DNA of 58,509 bases, filler included, from Sluysia triapertura (lineage: Eukaryota): NCBI GenBank assembly GCA_046118255.1. It is 4 parts of 4 records of this genome, joined end to end, with 100 filler letters (N's around TTAATTAATTAA, not from the genome) between each part and the next. Parts side by side here need not be neighbours in the genome. Positions count along the whole stretch, not along the records: positions 1 to 18,175 come from JBJNIA010170812.1; 3 more parts are not named here. One strand, written 5' to 3'. The first letter of the stretch is position 1, and each line of letters starts with the position of its first letter. Under the pieces are notes generated by a model that worked only from the letters and a program-made list of their open reading frames with translations, was not told the DNA's origin and ran no database searches. Position numbers and translations under genes: made by a program. Positions 1 to 14,205 of this stretch are shown in pieces.

Positions 1-79
1 TTTATTAATATTTTATGCAACTCATTTGTGTATCCATTAATAAATTACTTGCAGTTTTTAAGATTTTTATCGATATTTC

Positions 80-149
80 TAAGCGGAGTCCATTGGACCC
101 CCCCTCTACCAAAAGTGTCGCAAAAAAAGCTCTACCGTGCGACTGTTAA
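80..149. mobile_element. Possible piggyBac-like element right end
   Basis: GC-rich GGAGTCCATTGGACCCCCC palindrome and a repeated TCTACC, ending in GTTAA. No partner end in the window. Confidence 0.3.
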
Positions 150-1549
150 TGTAGCTCATCATTTTCAACATTATATACTCTTAAAACATTTTTTAATCTA
201 ATTTATTTTCCAAACATTTGATTAGAGTATAGCATTTTCATTTTCAGACATTCGATTTATTATAACATTTGAACATAGAACTTAAGGGAATATTATATTT
301 GCTTTAACTTATTTATTATCTGATTAACATTTTGATTATTTTCAAACAGTCAATTTTAAACAAACATTCATAAATTTCTAACTTATTTTCAAAGTATTAC
401 ATTGTATTTACAAACATTTGATTCAATCGAACAAAGCATTTTAATGTTTCAGGTATTCAATAAAATCAAACATTCGATTTATTCAATCAAGTATTCACTT
501 AAAATGAGTATAGTATTTTTAAAATGTTGTTATTTTGTATTTATAAATCTACTTTGTGTTTTCGAATTTATTTTAATTTATCATTTAATTAATGTAAATT
601 AATGTATTATTTCGAATTTATTTTGCATTTTTATTTAATTATACATTTACATTTTAAAAATGTTTTATATCATTTAAAAAACTTTTATCTTTATAATTAA
701 AAAAATTTTATATTTATTTTATGAGTTCTATGAACACATTTATGGAATAATTATTGAATATAAAGTAACAATTTATGTGGAGCATAAAGTAATAAAGTAA
801 CAATTTATTGAATTATTAAAAACTAATATAAGAGTAATAGATTTCGCACAAGTTCGACACGGTGTTATTTTATTTTAAAAATCTTAAACGTATAAATTCT
901 CAAGTCCATGTCAGTCTTAATTTACGCACAATTGGTTCCAGAATTTCATAGTTACTGCCTATTGAAAAGAAACATTAATTTTCAACTACTAGAAACACGA
1001 AAATATTTCAGATCGGATTAAAGCTTTTATTCCATGAATTCGTAAGTTTAATTGTATTAAGTTTACGCTATTATCAACTTAAAATAACTACATTTTTCGA
1101 CACCCAAGTATTCACCCGGGTCAACTCTCATTCTAAAATCATATTAAAATTTTGGAGAAATTCTCAATTTTAACAATTATAATTATAATTATCTGTGTAT
1201 ATATTTTTCATTATTTATTAATATTAAAAAAGTTTTTTGAATAATTTTTTTGTTGTTAATAATAATAATAATAATAATAATAGATAGTTTAGAAGAACAA
1301 TAGTAAGAAAATTAAAATATAGACGGAACAGATTATAACCTTAGAATAAAGAATAATTATTTGAACTCCTAGTGAAAAGAGAATTCATAAATTAAGAAGT
1401 ATTAAAATGTTTCTGACGTATTTTTTCCAGACATTATAAAGATCCATCATTCCGTAATATTATTTTCAACCCAAAGGGTTATGGAAAACTTGTAGATTAG
1501 CTGTCTTAAATCCTATAATTTGTGTCTTCTGCACGTTATAAATCATAAA

Positions 1550-1795
1550 TTATAGGTGGATCAGATACATATACATTTGTTTTATAATTGTTGATAGTTC
1601 TAGAAGAAACACAACACTATTCCATTATATTTACATTGACTATTGCGTAACTGTTACACTCTATTTGTAAATATTACATGAGTATTGTATTCTGACAGAT
1701 AAAGTATGACAAATATTATAAAGGTATAATTTCCAAAAGTTTCTGTTATATCACAGCAAACCCGAACACAATAAAATATAGACGGCTGCTAAATC
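1550..1795 (+). mobile_element. Possible Merlin/IS1595-like transposase remnant
   Basis: Fragments IGG, FIIVD..R..TL, YSD, HSK and TQ.NIDGC appear in the expected order across frames, but are heavily degraded. Confidence 0.35.
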
Positions 1796-1831
1796 ATAAT
1801 ACAGTGTTGGAAATCAAAGATGAAATAATTA

Positions 1832-2171
1832 CAACCTAAATCTCGGCGTATAGTCAGCGAGATATACTCGGATACAAATTTTTGTTGAAAAAAACTATGG
1901 AGATGAGAACGTAAAATATTCGAGGAGGAAATAATTTATAAAAATAAAATAAAAGGCAAATTCGTTCTTTGTCATTTTGCTATTAATAAATACTTGATGT
2001 GATTAAAATTTTTATTTTTTATGGTAGGAAAAATTACATGTTAGTAACGTTCAAATTTAACTAATGCTTTATTTTATAGCTAAAAGAAGTAAATTAAGTC
2101 AATAATCTCTTTTAAACATAATTTATACATTTATTTTTAATTAATTGCGGTCTATACGCCGAGATTTATGG
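1832..2171. mobile_element. Tc1/mariner-superfamily (Tc2/pogo-like) MITE
   Basis: Perfect 17-bp inverted repeat TAAATCTCGGCGTATAG at 1837-1853 and 2152-2168, with TA at the flanks. Confidence 0.65.
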
Positions 2172-4033
2172 TAAAATGAATTGTAAAAAGTGAATTGTAA
2201 AAAGTAACAAAGTAATAATTTATAGCACATTTATCAATTCAAATATAAGATACATTACGAGGAAAATAATACAGAAAACACAAATTAATAGGCAAATTAT
2301 TTTCCAAAATGTTTGCATTTAATTGAAATCTTAATTATAATTTAAACAACAAAATTTTGCCCATTTATGATTTAAATGTTAAACGAAAATAAAATATAAA
2401 TCAATAAATCAATCATTTTGATTTGGATACAATATAATAGATATAAACAAAATATTTGTTTAAAATTTAATAATGTTACAATTAATTTTTATAATTTAAT
2501 TATAAAAATGAAACATTTTCTTTCGATATTTTTCAATAGTCAAAATTAATATAGATGAATAGCAATCTATGTAACTAATCAATTTTCAAATATGAATTAA
2601 AACTTTAAGTATAAATTTGATAAATGGTCACCTCCAATGCCATGTATATTTCATATCACTTTTTAAGTTTATACTGATCAGGATCATAATGCATATTAAG
2701 AAAGGGAATACTGTATTATTAATCTAATAAAATTTTTACAAGATAACAAGCACACTAACTTTAAACAGTAAGCTGCATCCCCATGAATATAAATTTTTAC
2801 CTCATAACTTAACACACAAATTATCTGCGTAAAGTGACATAAAAAGAGTTGTAGCAATTAAAATTGAAACAGAAAAGTTACTCAAAAACCTAAATTAAAT
2901 TAATCAAAATTTTTGTTTCTCTCTTATTCTTTTGCATTCACTCCGTTTTTCATTCTCTTTCTTAGTCTTGAATCTGTCATCATTTGAAGTAAGAAATTTT
3001 GGACTACAATCAATTAAAATTGAAATAATTCAATATTTAATGTGATTACGCATTGGGTTTTGGCTTTGATTTAATGTCTAAGATAATTAAATCAAAATTA
3101 ATTTAATTTAGAATTTTTAAGTACTTTAAACTGAAAATTTCATGATTAATTTTATTATCTGTAAAGTGTGGTGCCTTGAAAATTTGTTTTGAGTCAATGT
3201 CCATAAATTTCGTTTTATATTGTCAAGTATGATTTTATTTTTTTAGTCATTTTATTTAATTACAGAATTATAGATTTGAAATTTCTGAATTTATAAATTA
3301 TATTATAGTTTAATTATAATTATAAATTTTTAAATATATTTTATTATTTTGATATAAAATTATTTAGTAACAAAAGCTGTAAATTTATAAATGCAATTTA
3401 AATATCTAAAATGTATTTCATAAGCGAAGGATGTAAAAATATAATCTTTTATGATCTTTTAATATTTATATGCCAATTAAAAAATGCCTGAATAATTTGT
3501 ACAATTTTAATTTATGAGTACAAATCGATAAAATTCATTAAATAATTTGAAAATAATTTACTCTGATTTAAATCATAGATTCTCATTAAAAATGCATAAA
3601 TTAAAATATTTTATTAAATATATAATGCAAAAACCGTTGTTTTACTTTTTTATATTATATAAGCTACAAAATTTTAAAAATTTTAGATGTAGAGTGTTCT
3701 ACAAACAAATACAAGCAAAGTGATACTAGTTTCACATTTTTGTATGTACTTCGAATTTATATAAAATATGGTGCAGTAAAACTGAAAATGCAATTCACTA
3801 ATTATTTATTAAATTCTCTTTAAAATTTAATCCATGATATTTCGTGATACATTGAATTAAATGTTAAAGATGTTTTATTAATATTAATAAAAGTATTTAA
3901 ATGGTATTTAAAAGTATTTCAATTAAATAATCAGGATTCAGTTTATGCTCAAAATATAATTAGTAATATAATAAACATTTAGTAAGTGACAGTTGGGATA
4001 AATACATTAGGAATAACAAGTCTAATTGATTAA

Positions 4034-4352
4034 CCGTTTGGATGCGGGATAAATTTCGTATTCATATGCTAAAAGTCCGGGATGAAATGTGTAGTATTTT
4101 TTGGGGGGAAACAATGAAAATGGTTATAATTAATACTAATTGTTATGTAACAAGTAATTTTGATCAAAAACATATTTTTTATTTTCACTTATTACAAAAA
4201 TGTTTTGCTGCACAAATTCCATGAACACCTTTTTTTACCAACAGCAGCATCTTCGCATTATCGATACAAAACAAGAAAAGCGCTATCGTGCTGCGCCGAA
4301 TTTTTGGCATACGACAAGTGAAGCGCGATAGCGCTTCGCCGGACTCAAACGG
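4034..4352. mobile_element. piggyBac-like non-autonomous element (MITE)
   Basis: TTAA|CCGTTTG ... CAAACGG|TTAA (TTAA at 4030-4033 and 4353-4356). Subterminal inverted repeat AAGCGCTATCG(T/C)GCT. Confidence 0.8.
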
Positions 4353-4435
4353 TTAAGTAATTAAATCATAATTATTATTGAGTTTTAGCACATGTTTTAT
4401 GTGGGTTCACTGTTACGAAACTTTTATTTAATATG

Positions 4436-4604
4436 TACTACTGCTATTACTACTACTACTACTACTATTACTGCTACTACTACTAGTACTAGTACTACCA
4501 TTACTTCTACTACTATCACACTACTTCTACTGTTACTACTATTACTACTACCATGACTACCAGTACTAGTATTAGTACTACCACTACACTACTGTTACAA
4601 CCAC

Positions 4605-4635
<31 letters not shown>
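4436..4635. repeat. Imperfect (TAC)n tract followed by (AAT)n microsatellite
   Basis: Read directly. Other (AAT)n tracts at ~1258-1281, 9738-9783 and 11676-11718. Confidence 0.95.
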
Positions 4636-5233
4636 CGAAGAAAATATTCTTTTTTGTTATAAAAGTAAAAACGTTAAGATCAAAATTTTATATATTCATA
4701 TTTGAATATATTTATTCGTGCATATACGTATATAAATTAAATCCAAAGAAATATGCTATATTATATTATATTATATTTTATATTACCTACAAAAGAATAA
4801 ACAAGGCACAATTACATTATGACCTTTTTGAGTTTACCTATCAAAATGTTTGATTGTACTTCAAAATTATAAGTACAAAATATTAAAACACACACATAAT
4901 TAATTATTATTTATATTTAATTCTTATTTGAAAGGTACAATAATTTATTTATTCGAAAACTTATAAAATTAATTTCATGAGCATAACTGATTTTTGATAA
5001 TAAAATAATAATACGAAAATTAAAATATTAATTAAAATTTATGTTTTGATTCAAACTTATAAAAATAATATTTTAAAATTTGCTTAAAAACCAACAGAAG
5101 GACAATAACAAAATTCAGCGATGCAATGAAAACAAATTTAAGTGTTTTTTCTAAAATTGATTGGCTAAGCATAAATACTATAATGAGTGGAAAATGAAGC
5201 AAAATTTGTTGTTAAATATTACCAGAATAATAA

Positions 5234-5401
5234 ATGAATCAAGAGGGAAAACTATTCAACAAATTAGATTTCTGTAAAATATGCCAGAAAAACTTTTGTA
5301 ATAAATATTATTTAAAGAAACATTTACTAGAAATACATCAGTTAAATAATAATAATAATAATAACAATAATGATTTAAACCGTTTAAATATGGATAGAAG
5401 T
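5234..5401 (+). CDS. Dispersed C2H2 zinc-finger transcription factor, exon 1 (finger CKICQKNFCNKYYLKKHLLEIH, poly-Asn)
   Basis: ATG at 5234 and a C-x2-C...H-x4-H finger. Phase-0 GT donor at 5402; a 43-nt intron (5402-5444, ...ttag) joins in frame to the 5502 ORF. Confidence 0.85.
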
Positions 5402-5444
5402 GTAATTTTAACTTTATTTAACAAATCAATTAATAATTAATTAG

Positions 5445-6024
5445 ATTAGTTCTTGGATAGATAAATCAAAGCCAGGTAACAGTAGTAGCACGTGGATTCC
5501 AATGGCCGATGATGTTGTAACATCGAATGTGACTTATAATTTGAAAGAAACACCATTAAAATGTCTTATTTGTAATACAAATAATTTCAATGATATAACA
5601 GCATTATTTCAGCACGTCATCAAATCTCATAGTTCACCTGTTGCCAGTAATAATTTGAGTACAAACTATTTTTCTTTATTGAAACCTCTTACAGCCGCCA
5701 CTACAAATACAAACTATCCATTTTCCTTGCACGATGATCAATTTAAATTTACAATGAATGCTGCTAAGCTGGCCGATCGTGTAAATTGTGATATTTGTGG
5801 TAAAGATTTGTGTAATAAATATTTTTTGAAAACTCATCGAAAGAAAGTACATGGTATGCGTGATCAGGACTATACTGACAATTTATCAACTCAATCACCA
5901 AACAAATTCACAAATTCTCTTTCACAATTTAATTACACCAATAATTCATTTTCTGGAAATGATTTTACCACAAATTTTTCCGGAAGATTAACATTTAATC
6001 ATTTTGCTCATGCATATAAACAAG
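5445..6024 (+). CDS. C2H2 zinc-finger gene, exon 2 (fingers CLICNTNNFNDITALFQHVIKSH and CDICGKDLCNKYFLKTHRKKVHG)
   Basis: Open from 5445 (ISSWIDKSKPG...) into the 5502 ORF. Ends at the phase-1 donor G|GTTAGT at 6025. Confidence 0.88.
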
Positions 6025-7581
6025 GTTAGTAAATTTTAGTTTAATTATTCTTGTTTTTATTCATTTAATAATTAATTTAATAATAATTAATTACATAAAT
6101 AATTAATTTTAATTTAACACCTTACTATGAAATACATGTTTATAATCAAGAATGACAAAAATATCGTAAAAAAACCAAAGTAAAACATATTGTGATGGAA
6201 AATATTACCATCTTATACAGCAATATTTTATATTATTTCTTATGCAATTCAGATTTGTTTAAATAATCAATTTGAATATTAATTTTCATTTATGATTAGA
6301 TAAATGTTGTAATTAAAATATTAATATTACGTTTTGTTTCATTTTAAATTTTAATTTTATATAATTCATGAGCATTAAAAATGTGAGAAAAATATTTGTC
6401 ATAGCCTAATCCATTATCCACAATTTCAAAAACATGTCAAAGCACATTCAATCATCACTAATGAATAACACTTATTCACCTTTCCAAATCTTTTTTTCAC
6501 CTGCACAATATTCGATACATCTTTCATTTTATTTTCTCATTTCCCAAAATATAAATTTTCATTATTGCCATTGTCTTAATTATCATTATTATGATCATTG
6601 GTGAGATTATTCTATTATATAATAATTATTATATTCTATTATATAAAAATTATTATCATGTGCGGTTTAAGTAAAGCTAATAGGTTCAGAAATTGTTAAG
6701 AAAACCTAGAACGAAATAGGAACTCAGAAGCTTACGTTACTATTGTAAAGCCAAAGTTATATATTAAAAAATTAAAAATTTAAGAATTTTAAATTGGAAT
6801 ACAATTGAATGACTTGAATTATTTAAAAATACACTAAACGAGGAAGCATTTGTTTTAAATACTTATAAAATGATAATGCAAATGAACACATAAAAATTAA
6901 GATGTATGATTTAATATATTGTAATATAAATGTTACTATAGTGATAGTAAATAATAAAATTAATGTAGTAAAAATTTTGGGCCTTATGCATCAAAAGTTT
7001 TTAAATTATTAGCATTGGGCAAATAATTACAGTTTGAATTGAGTATTTAATTGAAATAGCATAAGTTCAATAAGTAAATATTTTAATTGTCTTATTTAAT
7101 CCAAATTATTTATATGTGATCGAAGATGTCACACTTTAAATTAAAATTGAATCACCATGTTTTCCTCGTTACAAGTCTATTTCTTATTTTAGATCCGATT
7201 TTTTTCGTGCAAATTTTTGATTTTAATGAAGGAAATGCTTCTCAACCGAATTTCATATGTCAAACAATTTTAAAATCCGTTTAGAATATGTTTACAGTTT
7301 TGATACCAATATCAGTTTTACCAAAGGAAATTACAGCGGATTATTTTCAATGATTATGATTTACATTTCGAATTAGTGATTTTATGGCCAATAATGTTAA
7401 ATGTGGTCGATTGATTAGCCGTTGCAAATAAGTTCACATAATTTCATTAATGACCATTTTTCGAACATCGATTTTAATAATTCGAAGGTGTAGTGATAAT
7501 TTGAATAAAATTGAATTCGAAGTTTTAAAAGTGTTATACAATGTTAGAAGTTTTCAAATATAGAGGGCTGTCTATGTTACC

Positions 7582-7656
7582 CAGAACCGTAACTAGGCTA
7601 TAGGGGCCCGAATTTAATATCTTGACAGGGACCGTCAGAGGCTAGTTACCGCTCTG
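7582..7656. mobile_element. 75-bp hAT-like mini-element
   Basis: TIRs CAGAACCGTAACTAG and CTAGTTACCGCTCTG. Partial 8-bp TSD (atgTTACC / cctTTACC). Confidence 0.6.
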
Positions 7657-7669
7657 CCTTTACCACATG

Positions 7670-8165
7670 TTCAGTTAATGGAAGTTGGAACACCATCAAG
7701 CAAAATTGATATCGTATTTAAAACCTTGAAGGATTTTGATTTTGATGACGAATACTTTTAAATTTTGAAATTTGTAATTGTTATGTTCATGATCTTAGTA
7801 AAACTTATGTATTTCTAATCCAGTCTGCTTATGCGATGTCTCTAATGTTAATGTGTCCTCATATTAATGTATTAACTAAAGTTGACCAATTGAATGCGAG
7901 AAATATAAGTTATGCATGTGAATTAAGAAGAACAGATTAGGTAGAGTTTTACGATGAGGATAACGATGATCGCTAGTCAAGGTATAATGATTTGCTAAGT
8001 AAAACGAGCCAGTTGAAGTTGGCGTTTGTAAATTTGTTTGACATTTCTGATGGTCTTAAATTAAATACAGCATATTTTATTATAATTGTTATACAAAATA
8101 GATGTTCTACGTGTTTGTCATTTTCTAATTTAGATATAAATGCGAAAGAAACAATACTTACTGAC
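7670..8165 (+). pseudogene. Degraded GPN-loop GTPase (GPN2/GPN3-like) fragment inside intron 2 of the zinc-finger gene
   Basis: HDLSK...AMSLMLMCPHINVLTKVDQL (7788-7892) resembles the GPN LPH(I/V)NVLSK.DL motif. Upstream DFDDEYFLI and downstream LSFSNLDINAKETIL resemble neighbouring GPN segments. Frameshifts and stops present. Confidence 0.65.
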
Positions 8166-9038
8166 ATTAAGTCAGTCTTTTTTAGCGATTTAATAGCCTT
8201 ACTTAACAAGAAATTTATATTTAACAAATACTACAAAAAAAACCTATCCTACAAAATGTTTGTGCGCCCTGGAATCTTTAGTCCAAAATTTAGTGATAAT
8301 GTCCTTGAATTTTGAAATGAAAACCACAAGATATCATGTATAAAAATTGAGATGACGTTCTAAGAAAATCGTGTAATCAGTAGAAACGAATCTTTCCGTG
8401 AATAACTGTTCAATAGCTTATGCTTTTAAAAAGCTAACCAAGAAAACTCTGATATTACAAATATAAAAACGAAAAATAAAACTATTTGTTTGATAATTTT
8501 TATTAAAAATTAATTAAAAATTAATTTAAACAATACATTATAATATTAGAAACAAAAATAAAATGAGCATTAAAATAATGGAAAAATATGATAATTAGAT
8601 AAAATTTATTTTTCGCTCTTTTATAAATTAAAAATTAAAAAGTTACATTGGAAAATTTTGAGGTTTATAAATAGCAATTTGGAAATTTTAATAATACTCG
8701 TATATATTTTATATTCAATCCACAAATATATTTAACCACGATGTTTTTGACATATATTTTTGATACTGCGTTTCTATTTCAGTATGAGGAAAACTGCGGT
8801 TATAGTTTTAATAAATAATGCAAGTGTTTTCTACGAAAAGAACTTAACTTATTTTTGCAAAAATGCCTGGAAGTTACGTCCACCTAATAAGTACGATTTA
8901 CACCTATGAATATGACGTGCTATTAGGATTTTAAAATTAGTCACGTAATTTTTAACTAAATAATTCGTTTTATTTATACAGTATTCGCTAAATCAATCAC
9001 TTAATCAAGTTAGTTAAAGTTACAATTTAAGCTAACCT

Positions 9039-9103
9039 ATTACGGTTTAGCAAATGACAATATATTTTATAGATTACGGTCTAGCAAATGATAATATATT
9101 TTT
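9039..9103. repeat. 34-bp tandem duplication ATTACGGT(T/C)TAGCAAATGA(C/T)AATATATTTT
   Basis: Two adjacent copies. Confidence 0.9.
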
Positions 9104-9737
9104 TACCTAATAATGATAATACGTATAAGCCTCAAAAATATGAGAAAAATTATAATAATAATGAAAACAATTATAATGATGATAATATCTTAGTACTTAA
9201 AAAATTTAAAGTTTAAGCTTGACCAAGTCTAGGATAAAATAGTAATTAATTTAAGTAATATTTTAAATGTTTCCTATATAAAGTGAGAAAGAATAAAATT
9301 TATTTAAAATGATCTTACTTCTGCATGAACCTAATTAAAATTCTGGATATTAGATCCTGTGTTAAAAATCTTGTCAATGAATCCTACGTAAAAATTCTGT
9401 GTCGTATTTATGTGTCTTATTACCAAATTCTGCTCTTTTCATAAGAAAAATTGAGCGGCCATCTTGTTTATTTACGTGTTGATATTATTTGATTAATTTA
9501 AACAAAAGTTAATATTGTAGAATTTTATTTTGAAATATTAAAATATTTATCCAAAATTAAAAACTAAAAATATTTGTTAAATTAATTTCTTTTAATTAAA
9601 TTTATTTTATTTTATGTTTACAATTTATTTAATTTACACAATTTATGATTTAATTTAAATACTTTGATTTACATTTTATACTTTATAATACAAATACAGA
9701 TTTTATCATTAACTTCTACTTCACTACTCCAACATCC

Positions 9738-9775
<38 letters not shown>

Positions 9776-11674
9776 TAATAATATTGTTAGCATTATTTGT
9801 AATTTTCTATTTTTAAATAGATTTATATCAGGTTTAACTCATGTTTCATGTTTTCATAGTTCCTTATTTTGTCAGAATTTATAAAGCTTATAATAAAATA
9901 TAATAATAAAATATAATCATAATAAAGCTTATAATAAAATAATAAAACGTTTAATTTCTTACACTTTTCATAAATTAATTTTTAAGGTTGATCTTTATTT
10001 TTAAGTTAGGATTCTTAGACTATTCGACATTCTATTTTATAATAGGTAATAAATCAATACATTAATCTTTTAATTACTTTACAGTGTGCGTTGCGTGCCA
10101 TTTGTCAGTGTTATGCAATATTATTGTTTTTTAATATTTTATAAGTTTATTATTGTTTAACTGTAGATTAATTACTGAGAGCAGTGATTATTTTGAATTA
10201 TTTCAAAAATATTTTATTGTTTGGTCTTCAAAAATGTGTCTGTGGAATATTTTGTGGAATTGTGCAAGTATTGCATCTTTTAATTTAAATTAATAACAAT
10301 AACTCAATAACAAAATTAATTTAGTTTAAAATCTCGATAAATTCAATAATCACAATATCGAATATAAATTATTACAATGAGTTTTTATTTAACAATAATA
10401 CAAATTAATTTGTTACGCCTTTAGTAATTCTTTATTATTAATTAATTTATCTCAATCTAGCATTAAATTTAAGACTTAAATCAAAAATAAAAGATTCAAA
10501 CTCAGATATATTCAAAATAATGTAAATATATTAATTAAACAATTATGGCGAACAACTCTGATCAATCTAAGAATTATGAGTTATCACTAATACAAGTCAA
10601 ATATTCGAGAATAATCCAAATAATTAATTAATTATTAATAATCAATTAATAATTAACAAAATACAAAAAAGTACCAAAAATAAATTTTTTATTTTTTCAT
10701 TCAAACACAAAAACAAGGGTATTCCCCCAAACAATCTTTTATTTTTAAAATCAAAAAGATCGATTTTTCCAAAAAATGACTAAATTAAATAAATAAATAA
10801 AAATAAATAAACAAAATAATTTAATAATAAAATAAACAAAACTTTACCAAACATGGAACATGGATTTATTGTATTGTTTTTGGTTGTGTTCTAAATTTTT
10901 TAAGTATTCCCTTTTATGCTTTTACTAAGTTTTTTTAATAGTACAGATGTGAAAAATTATTTTATATGGGTTTGCCTACAGTAATCGTTTTATTTTCCGA
11001 AGAAATACGCATCATAGGATTTTGAAAGAATTTCTCCGCGATTTCTTCTTAAATTTGAATGCATATACTAAAGTAGACTTTGAATTCTTATCTTAAATAC
11101 TTCTTCTTATGATAAATGGGATAAAATAGATTTTCTCAAATGATTTCACTATAATGTTATAGCGTAACTGAAATGACAATGTCATTTATAACTGAAAATT
11201 ATAAGAATTTAAAATACTTTGCTTATATATCGATGAAACGTTACTATCTATCACGCATAGAAAGTATTCAATCACACTCATCTTAAGAGATGTTCATAGC
11301 TTGAACATTTGTTCAAAATATTCCTTTTTGCAATATGTTACTAAAACAGTTTCGTACTACAATTAATTAACAATTTCGACATACTTATAAAAACTCATTA
11401 TATTTTGCATAAACTAAAACGAAACGATTATAACAAAAAATAGAAGGAGAAAAAAATAATAACAATAATAAGATGATAATAATGTTTTATTTATAATAAC
11501 AATATTGAATTTTAGGTTATTCTTGTGTGCAAGTTGATGTAAGTATTATAATCATTGTAATCGTTGAAAAAATTTGAGTTGTGCTTTGTTCTTAGTGCTT
11601 CCGAATTTTATTTCTTATATGTTGATTTTCTTAACGATGGGTTGGTGTAAGGTGAGATTTGTCTATGAATGGTG

Positions 11675-11720
<46 letters not shown>

Positions 11721-12097
11721 CAATCATAAGTTATAATGTTTTACAAAAACCAAGATCTAATGATGATAATAAATGAAACAATACTTTGGGCCTATTTAAA
11801 ATTTACAACTTTAATTAAGAATTAGTGTTTGATAATGAAGATATGGTAATTTATATAGTGACATGTAATGATACGTGCGAAATATGTTTTGATATATTTT
11901 TGTATACGTATGATATTCGTGAAGTAATGTAATCATAGGTGAAGGATTAGACTTACCATCCAATCATTCTTGAATTTTTACAGTCAAACACTCGTTCATA
12001 TAAATAATTAGAACTACCTTTGAGAATTAGACCGGTAACAGTTTTGACAATTACATGGCACGGTTTGTCACACTTTATCAGATACAGAACACAAAAA

Positions 12098-12750
12098 ATT
12101 CATTATTGTTAACCATTATTTTCCTTTACTCTATTCGATCAACTTTTACTTAAATTGCTTTTCACAGTAAAATCATAATTACCATTATTGTTAACACGCA
12201 CAAAAAAAATGAATTTAATTTAGAATTTAATTGATTTTCAGTTTTTTACACTCAATTTTCTAATGAAAAATAAACAAACCTCTCTAAAGACATTTCAAAC
12301 TCACTTCTAGACTCTGTTCTTTCACAGAATAATCTCATATTCAATTCATTATCTTTTCATTATTCCTAGTATAAAGAATTTAACATTACATAATTAAAGA
12401 TTAATTAAAATTTGACTTTGCTCAATATTTTATGATTTCCTTGCGTGAACTTAGTTTCAACTTTGATATAGCATTCCGCATTAAAATGTTATTCACAAAA
12501 ACATACTATTTAATTAAGATTTTAATTACTTAATCTATTTTTACACTCAATCTCATTTTATGCTTAAAGGTTTTATTAAGGTTCTAAAGTTATTTATTAC
12601 TTTATGGAGGCACTCAGGGGCTTTCTAGATTTGTTCACCTTCATCATCCTTTTTCTACATCTTAATATATAATATTTATCTTTATTATTAGTAACAGTAA
12701 CTCTATTTTAAAGATTTCAAATATTTTATTAAATTACTTAAAGGCTTTTC
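12098..12750 (+). repeat. Dispersed repeat, copy 1 (direct copy at ~16585-17250)
   Basis: Collinear shared blocks TTTACTC.ATTCGATC, ACACTCAATTTTCT, TCAATTCATTATCTTTTCAT, ATTAATTAAAATT.GACTT, GCATTCCGCATT and ACTCAGG. Confidence 0.8.
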
Positions 12751-12893
12751 TTAACCTTATTTGCAAAATATTAATAACTTAACGGTTTCGCCTATCGTTA
12801 AAAACTAAAGAACAAACTAAATACACTAATGTTTATTAATTACATTCTTGAGGCACAGGCCTAAAGTGCCATTTATAATAATGATTGTATAAT

Positions 12894-12973
12894 TGACTGA
12901 TATCTTAGTAGTCAGAACATCGAACTGCACAGCTGTGTGGTGAGAGTCCAGAGTTCAAGTGCCAGTCAGTCCA
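12894..12973 (+). tRNA. Degenerate tRNA-like sequence (pseudo-tRNA or tRNA-derived SINE head); isotype not assignable
   Basis: Acceptor stem (t)GACTGA/TCAGTC(c)+A. A-box-like TATCTTAGTAGTCAGAAC, B-box-like GAGTTCAAGTG. Anticodon arm mismatched, with extra bases. Confidence 0.55.
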
Positions 12974-13999
12974 TTTATTGAAGTAATAAAGATTTCAAAG
13001 CTAACCTTAAATTAGCTCTACAAATACAGAAATATTTTAACAGGTCAGCAAAGGTTGACACAAAAGATATGGACAATAGAAAATATTAAAATTGTATCCA
13101 AAAGTAATTTGAAATATTAGGCCATTAACATACTAGTAAACTTTTGATTTTGATGATTAATGTGATACTAGCGTTAAACTAGCAGGAAAAGTTAAATAGA
13201 TTTTTAGTGGATTTTAACCTTACTACTTGTCATGGAATTTTGGGGTCCAAATGTATTGTGCTGTAATCTAAAATTCCAAAATCTAATATTGTAACTTTAT
13301 TAAGGATTATATTTAATTGATTCTTCGGATGTCGATACCAAAATTGTTAGATAATCCTTCTCGAGCTACCAATTTTTAAAAATGGCGCCTGACTTTTAAT
13401 GATAGCAACCTAATTTATAAAAGGTTGATAACGGGCAAACCCATCCTAATAGATTCGTATTTGCTAATTTACTTTTAAGAAAAACACTAGCAATATTTAA
13501 ACTACCATAAATAATGATTACATTCTATATTTAAATTAAATGAATTTACTTGTAGAATGGCACGTAAGTTTAGACATAAAATGTTAGAATTTTTGAATAC
13601 CATTCAAAATGTATTTTTTTCCTTATAAAGCGGAAAAAAGTAGAAAAAGCATATGAAAAAGATGAAACTGAAATTAAATGATTTTCGATACTTTTTTATA
13701 TGCCACTCTTGAAGAATATAAAATTATCATAAAATCAATAACTTTAAAATATATTATCAAGTATTAAAATTAATACTAATGAGTGTTTAATAAAATCTAC
13801 ACTATAGAACTTAATAAACAAAGCAAATATCTAACAATTAACCTGGTAATAAGATAATGAATCTATTATAATGAATTTTAGTTAAGTTGTGTATTAATTT
13901 TAAAAATTTTCATTTTCATACTCAACATTTAATTTGTCTTATTTTATAAAATATATAAAGCTCAAATTTATTAAATGTCAAATAATATTTTGTGTTCAG

Positions 14000-14205
14000 A
14001 TTATTCATCAAGAAAATTATACAGCTGCAACAGAAAAATAATGAACAACAAAGTTCAATGTAGTATTTGTCAAAGATTCATTTGTAATAAGTATTTTCTA
14101 AAAATTCATAAATTGAAAAAACACGGAATTGGTCACAAAATTACTCAAATAAATTTTGTAGCATCTTCTGCTCTATCAAATCAATCGCATCAAAAGATAA
14201 ATAAA
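14000..14205 (+). CDS. C2H2 zinc-finger gene, exon 3 (finger CSICQRFICNKYFLKIHKLKKHG)
   Basis: Acceptor tttgtgttcag at 13999 is phase 1, matching exon 2. Same CNKY(F/Y)L finger type. Phase-0 donor AAA|GTAAAT at 14206. Extra small exons in the flanking introns cannot be excluded. Confidence 0.72.

Noticed and set aside
9039-9103. CRISPR-like repeat
   Set aside because: Two adjacent copies without a spacer, in eukaryotic DNA with no cas genes.
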